From: Thermoplasmata archaeon
GTDB taxonomy: Archaea > Thermoplasmatota > Thermoplasmata > Lutacidiplasmatales > UBA184
Length of the DNA stretch: 62,520 nucleotides
Assembly: GCA_028864975.1 (NCBI GenBank)
Contig: JAGWLG010000018.1
Span: forward strand, 1 to 62,520
Direction: 5' to 3'
Below are positions 55,724 to 62,520 of the stretch, in pieces. How positions within the stretch are numbered: position 1 is the stretch's first letter; each line of letters starts with the position of its first letter. The notes below the pieces were generated by a model. It was not told the origin of the DNA and did no database searches. It worked only from the letters and a program-made list of their open reading frames with translations. A program made the position numbers and the translations under genes.

Positions 55724-56011
55724 TTACGCGTGGGCCTTCGCGACCCGGGCGTGAAAAACCGGAGTCTCCTCGTGCCGCGCGGGCCCCCAAACGCCCTTCG
55801 CCTTCGCCACCTGGTCCAGGGTTTCGGACGGGCCAGGGGGAACGACGGTCTCCCCGCACTTCTCGCACGTCCAGAAGACGTAGTGGCCCAGGAAGACGCC
55901 CTACGTCGAGAAGACCTGGACATCGAGGAAGAACCGCCCGCCACAAGGGCAGCGCCGACGGGGAACCCAGTCCCGGGAAGCCTTCGCCCGTGAGACCTTC
56001 TCGCTCGACAT
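55724..56011 (-). pseudogene. YgiT-type Zn-finger antitoxin-like gene with an in-frame TAG
   Basis: Manual translation: MSSEKV..CPCGGRFFLDVQVFST*GVFLGHYVFWTCEKCGETV..LDQVAKAKGVWG; TAG at 55901-55903. Missed by the ORF track. Confidence 0.75.
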
Positions 56012-56014
56012 GAT

Positions 56015-56233
56015 TCACCGGCGAGGGGCCGTCCTCACCTCAAGAGTACAGCGACCGATCTTCACCGCGAACTGCCAGTGGTCGTGGGCCACCACGAAGA
56101 CCCCGGAACCTGCCGCACGCCAGTCCCCCTCCCGCACCAGCCGCTCCAGGTCGACGGCCGACAGGCTCCGGTCCAGCATCCGCTTCTTCAGTTGGAGCAA
56201 CGGCACCACGAGGAAGGCCTTCCGGGGATCCAT
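56015..56233 (-). CDS. DUF4258/BrnT-like toxin, possibly degenerate
   Basis: KKRMLDRSLSAVDLERLVREG motif, immediately upstream of the YgiT-type gene. Confidence 0.55.
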   Translation of the reverse strand: MDPRKAFLVVPLLQLKKRMLDRSLSAVDLERLVREGDWRAAGSGVFVVAHDHWQFAVKIGRCTLEVRTAPRR

Positions 56234-56242
56234 CGTCCGCCC

Positions 56243-56734
56243 TCACGAGGTCGAGGGCGGGCGGGAGACGCGCGTCGCGGTGAGGCCCCACGCCTCCAGC
56301 TCCTCGAACGTCCGTCGCACGGCGGCCTCGAGCAGCCCCCACTGGCGCGCGGTGGCGGGAACCTGCTTCGCGTGGTACGCCCTCCAGGCGACTCGCGCCA
56401 CGTACTTGGAGTTCGCCTTCCCGGCGTCGGTGTAGAGGCGGCGGCCGAGGTGGTCGGGGGCGAGGGACCCCCCATCGCGGGCACCGACCGAAGGGAACGG
56501 GGTTCCTCGCGAGGACCCGGCCCCCCGAAGCAAGGCGCCCACGCCACTCGGGGCCGGGTCCGAATCTCCTCGCGCGAGGTCGCGGAAGTGGTCTCGTGCC
56601 TCCTTCCAGGCGTACCCACCCGGAGGTGCGGCCCGCAGGGCCTTCATGCGGTTCGCGGTGCGATCTTCCGAGGGGAGAGCGCGAATCCCTGGGGTCGCGC
56701 GCATCTCCCGGGTCACGAACTTCGGGTCGGTCAA
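56243..56734 (-). CDS. Hypothetical protein
   Basis: 163 aa, GTGA-coupled in the minus-strand chain. Confidence 0.5.
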   Translation of the reverse strand: MTDPKFVTREMRATPGIRALPSEDRTANRMKALRAAPPGGYAWKEARDHFRDLARGDSDPAPSGVGALLRGAGSSRGTPFPSVGARDGGSLAPDHLGRRLYTDAGKANSKYVARVAWRAYHAKQVPATARQWGLLEAAVRRTFEELEAWGLTATRVSRPPSTS

Positions 56735-56952
56735 CGCTCACACCTCCCGACCGTTTCTCCGCGTCCGTGACAGGGCTTCTTCCCGTCCCAGTAGAAGGTG
56801 TTGGATGGGGCGTGTCCTTCCGTCGAATCAACCACGAGACACCTTTGGCACTGGCGCTGCAGCTCGGTCCCAAGGTTGCGCCACGCTGACCAGTCATGCT
56901 TCAACCGCTGGCGCTTGGGAGCCCCGGGGGGCCCGCGGTTCTTGGGCTTCAT
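56731..56952 (-). CDS. Small His/Cys protein
   Basis: MKPKN..KHDW..CQRC..PC; ATGA overlap with the macrodomain stop. Confidence 0.5.
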   Translation of the reverse strand: MKPKNRGPPGAPKRQRLKHDWSAWRNLGTELQRQCQRCLVVDSTEGHAPSNTFYWDGKKPCHGRGETVGRCER

Positions 56953-57389
56953 GTGGTGTACACCTCGATCGGGATGGACATGGACGACGGCGCCCTCACG
57001 ACAAGAGGGCGGACGTCGGCCCACGCGAGCCCGCCCAGCCCGCACCCGAGCGCAGGGAGGGACAGCGAGGTGATGCCTCGGGCCTCGGCGTCGTTCGCGA
57101 TGCGGGAGAGGCCCTCCTGGATCGCGCCCAGCGACGCGGGGTCCTTCCAGTGGGCCTTCGTCGGGAAGCGGAGCACCCAGGGACCTGTGGGGTGCCGCCA
57201 GAGGTAGGGATGGCCTGGCCCGAGGGCCCCTTCTCGGCAGGCGAGGACGTACTCCTGGAACATCGTGTGGAACCGGCGCTTGAACTCCAGGGCGAGGCCC
57301 GCACCCATGACGCCCACGCAGTTCACGGGGTTCGGAAGCGTCTGAGCGCGCGACGCAAAGATGTCGCCGCGGACGAAGGTGAGCGTCAC
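56949..57389 (-). CDS. DarG/TARG1-like macrodomain (ADP-ribosyl glycohydrolase)
   Basis: GDIF..NPVNCVGVMGAGLALEFK..FPTKAHWK..SLSLPALGCGLGGLAW; start GTG 57389. Confidence 0.9.
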   Translation of the reverse strand: MTLTFVRGDIFASRAQTLPNPVNCVGVMGAGLALEFKRRFHTMFQEYVLACREGALGPGHPYLWRHPTGPWVLRFPTKAHWKDPASLGAIQEGLSRIANDAEARGITSLSLPALGCGLGGLAWADVRPLVVRAPSSMSIPIEVYTT

Positions 57390-57694
57390 TGGGGTGGCTC
57401 CATGACCGGGCGATCGTAGCTCACGGTGGCATGAAGGGTGCGGACGCAGAGCTCGCACACGCGCGCGAGGCGCCTGGGGGGAGAAGGAGGACCAGCGTAG
57501 ACCCCCACGAACTTGGTCCCCTTCGGGATGCGCTCGGCGCAGATGCGGCATGTTCGGCGACCCCGAGGGACCCGCCTGACCGGGGAGGGGCCAGCGGACC
57601 GGGGCACGGGTCCCTCGGGAGGCCCGTCCCCGAGGGGATTGCCCCGAGGGGCAGGGCCGGAGTCGGCGGTGTGGACGTAGAACCTTCGGGTCAT
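57386..57694 (-). CDS. PARP-type-like Zn-finger protein
   Basis: RRTCRICAERIPKG..VCELC; stop overlaps the macrodomain start. Confidence 0.55.
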   Translation of the reverse strand: MTRRFYVHTADSGPAPRGNPLGDGPPEGPVPRSAGPSPVRRVPRGRRTCRICAERIPKGTKFVGVYAGPPSPPRRLARVCELCVRTLHATVSYDRPVMEPPQ

Positions 57695-57748
57695 GGACCT
57701 CGTTCCTCACGAGGGAGGAACGAGGGACTGCGGGCGGCCGCGTCGGGC

Positions 57749-58231
57749 TCAGGCCACTCGGACCGGCCCGCAGAGCGGGCAATAGACCCAGTCGGGGATG
57801 AGACGCCAGCGCTGCTCCGCCACGTCGTTACGCGAGTAGAGGGGGAGGACCCCCGTCGCCGGACTTGGCGTGTGGGCGGGCGAGGGCCCGTCCAGCTGCC
57901 CCGTCGTGAGCTCCCAGATCTCGTCCCCCTCCCCGTCGACGCGGCGTCTCGCGCGCCCGTGCATCTCCAGGAGACCGAGGGCGGCCTCGCCGTCGGACCG
58001 GGCGACCCCGTGCTCCTCCGCGAGAACGAGGAGCGACTCCCGGGTCTCCCCGGGGAGGTGGGCGATGATCTCCTCGAGCGCCCCTGCGGCTTCGCGCGAT
58101 CGCTCGGCATCGTGGCTTGGCTTCGTTCGGGCTGGGCTCGGCCGGTTTCCTCTGGTGGCCAGCATGGGCATCCTCGCTGGTAGAGGATGCCCATGTGGTG
58201 TGGAGTCCATCCTGTTGGGCCGCGTGTTCAT
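57749..58231 (-). CDS. Hypothetical protein with wHTH-like segment and C-terminal CxxC
   Basis: LLVLAEEHGVARSDGEAALGLLEMHGRARR..WELT; YCPLCG. Confidence 0.5.
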   Translation of the reverse strand: MNTRPNRMDSTPHGHPLPARMPMLATRGNRPSPARTKPSHDAERSREAAGALEEIIAHLPGETRESLLVLAEEHGVARSDGEAALGLLEMHGRARRRVDGEGDEIWELTTGQLDGPSPAHTPSPATGVLPLYSRNDVAEQRWRLIPDWVYCPLCGPVRVA

Positions 58232-58686
58232 GAGGCGCGTGCGCTCCCCGTGGGAGGGGGTGGGGTGTGCCCGAATCCGAGGTTGAGATGGAGAAGGAGG
58301 GGGAGTCGACCCGATGCCCATGTTGCCTCGGCGCGCGCGAGCACCACTTCCCTGATGTCCGCCCCCTCCCCGTTCCGTGCCGCGCTTGCGGGGGGAAGGG
58401 CGTCCTCGAGTGAGGACGGCTTCAGCCGATGGCCGGCCGGCTCAAGCGCGACCAGGTGGCTGAAGTGCCACCTTCGCGGGACCGGCGCGCCTGGTAGACT
58501 CCGCCGGCAGGTGGCACGCCTCGCGGCATGGGCCGTCGAAGGCGTCAGCCTCACGGAGGAGCGGGGCGACCCTTCGCTCTCACCGGGCCCGGCGGCGGAC
58601 CGCCGCCGGTTCAGACATCGACCGCCTCCTTCGCGAGAACGAGGAGCGCCACCGATACCGAGCGCTCGAGGAGACACCCGTCGGCG

Positions 58687-58911
58687 TCAGGTGTGCTCGA
58701 GGAACTCTTCCACGCTGACCCCTGCGTCGCGGATGATGGCCCGAAGGGTCCCCTTGCGGAGATCCTCTCCAGGGTGCACCGGGACGGTCACGATCCGCCC
58801 GTCGGGATGCTTCAGGTGGAGGTGGCTTCCCCGTTGGTGGTCCTGGACGAAGCCCAAACGCTCCAAGGCGCGGATGACCTTCCGTGCCGTGAGCGGAACG
58901 AGTCGCGTCAC
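58687..58911 (-). CDS. hicA: HicA toxin
   Basis: ARKVIRALERLGF..RGSHLHLKHPDGRIVTVPVH..GTLRAII. Confidence 0.95.
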   Translation of the reverse strand: MTRLVPLTARKVIRALERLGFVQDHQRGSHLHLKHPDGRIVTVPVHPGEDLRKGTLRAIIRDAGVSVEEFLEHT

Positions 58912-58915
58912 GTCC

Positions 58916-59125
58916 TCAAGCCTTCACGGGCTCGAGGATGACGAAGTGGGTGGGGGGGACCGCCCTATCGCGGGTTTCGAGATAGCCCAGGATTGCTTCC
59001 TCCATGCGCTCCAAGACCTGCTTCTCGGTCTTCCCCTGCGTGATGCAACCAGGAAGTTCCCTAACGGTCCCCACGAACCACCCATCCTCATCCTTCTCCA
59101 CGAGGATGTGGTACTTCGTTGCCAT
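58916..59125 (-). CDS. hicB: HicB antitoxin (short form, upstream of the toxin)
   Basis: YHILVEKDEDGWFVGTVRELPGCITQGKTEKQVLERMEEAI. Confidence 0.95.
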   Translation of the reverse strand: MATKYHILVEKDEDGWFVGTVRELPGCITQGKTEKQVLERMEEAILGYLETRDRAVPPTHFVILEPVKA

Positions 59126-59133
59126 CGCTTCAG

Positions 59134-59541
59134 TCAGGCGCTCAGCTCCTCTTGACATTTCCGAGAGACCTCTCTCGGCAGGGGAGAGAGGTCTCGAGGG
59201 GGCGGGCACTCCTCAGGCTCCCAGGCCCCGCACCCACACTCCGGCCCGCGCCAGATCCCGACCCCGACCTTCAGCATCGCCCCATGGTGCACACAGTGCG
59301 GGGTCGGTTTCAGATCGGGGCTGTCGGCCTTCAGGAAGACGAGCCCGCGCGAGACAGAGTCCGCCCCGTTCTTCGGAGGGTTGGCGGACCTGGTAGGCAT
59401 CTCCCGGAGGTCTCGAATCTGCATCGCGGTCTCCCTCACAAGCTGAGGGGGACCGCGCGCGGCTCCAGGGGGTAACAGGGGAGGCTCCACCGTCTCGAGA
59501 GGATCCTTGACCTCTGCGATGCGGCCTCGAGACGGGCTCAC
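59134..59541 (-). CDS. Hypothetical protein with CVHHG..CGC motif
   Basis: 135 aa; PHCVHHGAMLKVGVGIWRGPECGC. Confidence 0.45.
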   Translation of the reverse strand: MSPSRGRIAEVKDPLETVEPPLLPPGAARGPPQLVRETAMQIRDLREMPTRSANPPKNGADSVSRGLVFLKADSPDLKPTPHCVHHGAMLKVGVGIWRGPECGCGAWEPEECPPPRDLSPLPREVSRKCQEELSA

Positions 59542-59627
59542 AGCCTCCCCAGTGCAGCGTGACTACGCGAGGGCGCCCTCTCCCGCTCTCAGGAGGAGGG
59601 CGCTCGCGGCCGCGCGCTCGAACCGAA

Positions 59628-59666
59628 GGACCTGCCTCCGGGGACAAGCCGAACGCCAACAGGTCC
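59628..59666 (+). repeat. Dispersed hairpin element, copy 7 (core only)
   Basis: GGACCTG-N25-CAGGTCC. Confidence 0.5.
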
Positions 59667-59921
59667 TTCGGGAGGACGAGCTGCCGAACCCTATCCCCGG
59701 AGAAGCAGGGCGCTCGCGGCAGCTCGTTCGAACTCCCTCGACCGCGCTGGGGACACGCGTGGAGCGATCTCGTGGGTGATCGCCGAGGTGGCGACCGAGA
59801 AGACCGCCATCCTCGGCCACAAGCCGGAAGACCGGGGCACGGGCTTCTCGGGAGGACGCGCACCTCGAAGCGGAAGCGAGGGGACGCGTCCGAAGGTTGT
59901 ACGCCGCGAGGGCGTTGCACC

Positions 59922-60782
59922 TCAGACCCCTGCTCGGCCCCGAGGGGGGACGAGCAGCGCGGTCGCGGCCATCCGTTCGAAGGCGCGTTCGCGGTCAGGA
60001 TTGACCCGTACCTGATGGGTCAGGACGAACGTCGCGGCCTGATAGGCGGACCACCGTGACAGGAGGCCGTTATGGGTCGCGGCCACCTCCGCCCGCGCGC
60101 CGATGTCGGACGCGTAGCAGAGCGGGAGCCCCGCCGCGACCAGGGAGGGTTCCACGTCGCTCGATAGGACCTCCTCCCCCATCGCGGTCTCGTAGAGGCG
60201 CGTGGCGTCTCGGAACTTGTCCAGGATGCCGTGGATGGCCCGCTCAAGCATCCCGAGAAGGTCCGTCGCGCTCGACAGGTGAATCTCACGGAACGCGACC
60301 ATCGCGTCCATCCCTGCGGAGAGCTGGTTGGCACAAGCGAGCCTCACGCCCACACCCTCGCACGTCAGCGCGAGCATCGAATCCACGGAGTTCACCACGC
60401 GGATGCCAGGGTAGACCGCATCGCGACCGGGTAGCTCGTAGCGCGTCCCGACGACCAGGCGGACCTCCATCCGACGGCCCCCGCTGAAGAGGGTGATGCG
60501 CTCCCGCGGGAACGCGGGCGCCCCCTGCTCTGGGGCGGGCTTGTCGAGGGCCTCGCCGATGGCGTGGACGGCCTCCGCGACCTGGTGGTGGGGGAGGAGT
60601 CCGTAGCGATGGCTGACCACGCTCACCACAGCCCCGTTGTCCGACCTGCGGACCCCGCGGTACTGGGCGAGCCTCCCGCCGTCCGGTCCGAAGACCGGCA
60701 CCAGGTCGAACCGGGGGACCTGGTCGGGGGTGGCGAAGTTCTCGGTGGCGGCGCGGCGATCGGGTGTTTCCTTGGCGAGCAT
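59922..60782 (-). CDS. DUF932/DUF945-family mobile-element protein
   Basis: VVSVVSHRYGLLPH..V.E; IRVVNSVD..VRLACANQ. Confidence 0.85.
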   Translation of the reverse strand: MLAKETPDRRAATENFATPDQVPRFDLVPVFGPDGGRLAQYRGVRRSDNGAVVSVVSHRYGLLPHHQVAEAVHAIGEALDKPAPEQGAPAFPRERITLFSGGRRMEVRLVVGTRYELPGRDAVYPGIRVVNSVDSMLALTCEGVGVRLACANQLSAGMDAMVAFREIHLSSATDLLGMLERAIHGILDKFRDATRLYETAMGEEVLSSDVEPSLVAAGLPLCYASDIGARAEVAATHNGLLSRWSAYQAATFVLTHQVRVNPDRERAFERMAATALLVPPRGRAGV

Positions 60783-61149
60783 TGTCGTCCTCGGGGACGA
60801 CGGACGACAATGCGCGTCGCGGCTCCACGGACGGGGAAGCTCGCCAGCGCGGAGCAGGCTTACGTGTCGCTATCGAGGGCCCGGGAGTCGGCGGTGGAGG
60901 ACGCGGACTCGCCTGACCGACGCGCGAGGCGTGGGGGGAGTGGAGGGGGAAGGAGAATGCGGGGGAGCATGTCGGGATGGGAGGATGGCGAGAATACGGT
61001 GAGCCTGAGAAGGATCGAGGAGGCTTGGACAAGCCGTTGAAGTTGGGGGCCGAGCACGGGCTCGAGGTGGACGTGGAAAGAGGACTCGAACCCAGCGGAT
61101 AGGGGCGCTCCGCACCTCGCGAACGGGCTCGGAAGATGCGCCGGTGAGG

Positions 61150-62505
61150 TCAACCGACCCGCGTACCCTGATCGGGCCCGCACTGTTCCCCGGTGTGGTC
61201 GGCCGGGGTGACCACGCCACCCGCCCTTTTCCGGGGCACGCTCGCAGCGAGGGCGTGGCTTGAGAGGGACCTCGTTCGACTCGCCCGCCTCCGTCTCCTA
61301 GCGAGCACAACGACCCATGCGGTGGCCACCGCCGCAACGGCTCCTACCAGCGTCCAGACGACCCAGGCGGTGAAGTTCCCTGTCGTTGGTGTACCATGCC
61401 AGATCACCTCCACATCGTTCGAACCAGCATTGGCCACGAAGATCTCGCCTCTCCCGTCGTCCATTGCGATGGCGATTGGTTCGTTTGCGACCGAGATGGT
61501 CGCGACCACCGCATTGGTGGCGTCTGAAATCACCGAGACGACGCCCGGGGTCAGCCCGAGATCCCCGCCGGGGTCGGCCACATAAACTTCCCCCCGCCCC
61601 CGGTCGTACGCTGCATCGACGGGGTACGACTCCGCGCTCACGTTCGCGACCACGCGATGGGTCGCATCCGAGATCACGCCCATGCTGCTCGCGCAGGAAT
61701 CCGCGACGAACACCTCGCCTCGTCCTGAGTCATACGTTAGACCACTGGGCCCACAGCCAACCGAGATCTTGGCGACCACCCCCAGGGTCGCGTCCGAAAT
61801 GACAGTCACGTTGTGCTCGCCCATGTAGGCAGGCCGACCAACGTTGTTCGTGACGTAGACTTCCCCCACCCCGCCGTCGTATGCTATACCACTGGGGCCC
61901 GGACCGACGCTCACCGAGGCGACCACAGCGTCTGTGGCGTCCGAGATCACGCTCACGTTGGCCGAGCCCCCGTTCGCGACGAACACCTCGCCCCTCCCAG
62001 GGTCGTACGCCACGGCTTGCGGACCCGATCCGACACCCACGGACGCGACCACCTTGTTGGTCGCGTCCGAGATCACGCTCACGTTGGCCGAGCCATAGTC
62101 CGCCACGAAGATCTCGCCCTTGGCCGAGTCGTACGCTGCGCCCCACGGACGGTTTCCAACACCTACGGTGGCGACCACGCTATTCGTGCTGTCCGAGATG
62201 ACGCTGACGTTGTCCGACCGGAAGTTCGCGACGAAGACCTCGCCCTTGCCCGTGTCGTAAGCCAAACCCGACGGGCCGGCACCGACGCTAATGGCGGCGA
62301 ACAGGCAAGGGAGCGTGCATGAGGGTGGAGAAGGGTTCACCGCACCGACAACGAAGGACTGACGGACTCCACCGGAACGCGTAGAGGGTCCGGTACTGGT
62401 AGCGTGAGGAAGCGCGATACCGCCATGCAGGTCCTGCGCCTGCAACAAGACGAGGGCGACCACAAGGAGTGAGATCGCCGCACAGGTCACTCCGGGTCGT
62501 CCCAT
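61150..62505 (-). CDS. YVTN beta-propeller surface protein with TM anchor
   Basis: Seven AYD..KGEVFVAN..S.NVSVISDATN repeats, signal peptide, TM + RRRRR. Confidence 0.9.
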   Translation of the reverse strand: MGRPGVTCAAISLLVVALVLLQAQDLHGGIALPHATSTGPSTRSGGVRQSFVVGAVNPSPPSCTLPCLFAAISVGAGPSGLAYDTGKGEVFVANFRSDNVSVISDSTNSVVATVGVGNRPWGAAYDSAKGEIFVADYGSANVSVISDATNKVVASVGVGSGPQAVAYDPGRGEVFVANGGSANVSVISDATDAVVASVSVGPGPSGIAYDGGVGEVYVTNNVGRPAYMGEHNVTVISDATLGVVAKISVGCGPSGLTYDSGRGEVFVADSCASSMGVISDATHRVVANVSAESYPVDAAYDRGRGEVYVADPGGDLGLTPGVVSVISDATNAVVATISVANEPIAIAMDDGRGEIFVANAGSNDVEVIWHGTPTTGNFTAWVVWTLVGAVAAVATAWVVVLARRRRRASRTRSLSSHALAASVPRKRAGGVVTPADHTGEQCGPDQGTRVG

Positions 62506-62520
62506 CGAGCTAGTGGAGAC

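Larger units (their letters stand above)
1..62520. mobile_element. Probable conjugative/integrative element or large plasmid of an archaeon (boundaries not in window)
   Basis: T4SS-like genes at left end; DUF932, SSB, macrodomain, SLOG and six TA pairs; mosaic cargo; no housekeeping genes recognised. No integrase or relaxase seen, so ICE vs plasmid is unresolved. Confidence 0.7.

Noticed and set aside
1-62520. Complete provirus, tRNA/rRNA genes, IS elements, genome-wide stop-codon reassignment
   Set aside because: No capsid, terminase, portal, transposase or integrase recognised; no cloverleaf or rRNA-like segment seen; TAG, TGA and TAA all terminate well-supported genes.

Overview
GC-rich archaeal-looking DNA, most consistent with part of a large conjugative/integrative element or plasmid of a Thermoplasmata-type archaeon. 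The host is inferred from TTATC-type TATA boxes, the single-OB SSB, the HFX_2341/DUF6293-type regulator and the YVTN/PKD/Kelch proteins with a C-terminal TM anchor plus basic tail. No rRNA, tRNA, CRISPR array, integrase, relaxase or housekeeping gene was recognised. Left end (1-6.9 kb): translationally coupled minus-strand operon with VirB2-like pilin, VirB6/TrbL-like and PrgI/VirB3-like genes, paralogous genes carrying an unrecognised Cys/His domain, and a divergent AbrB-like regulator. Middle: large surface proteins (Kelch, PKD, YVTN), two PKD-adhesin/Lrp-like regulator pairs, a ParB-like + DUF6293 + truncated HsdR block, an iteron-like locus, RNase HI, many small membrane and Zn-finger genes, and two head-to-head tailspike-like beta-helix genes. 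Right half: plasmid leading-region-type genes (SSB, DUF932, DarG-like macrodomain, DUF2493/SLOG) and six toxin-antitoxin modules, three of them a tandem RelE array. The strongest unexplained signals are non-coding: (i) a dispersed, same-strand hairpin family (GGACC..CAGGTCC, often with a GAA triloop) upstream of minus-strand modules, and (ii) three promoter-plus-hairpin units at about 250-bp period inside the transfer operon. All family assignments are by motif recognition only; no searches were run.
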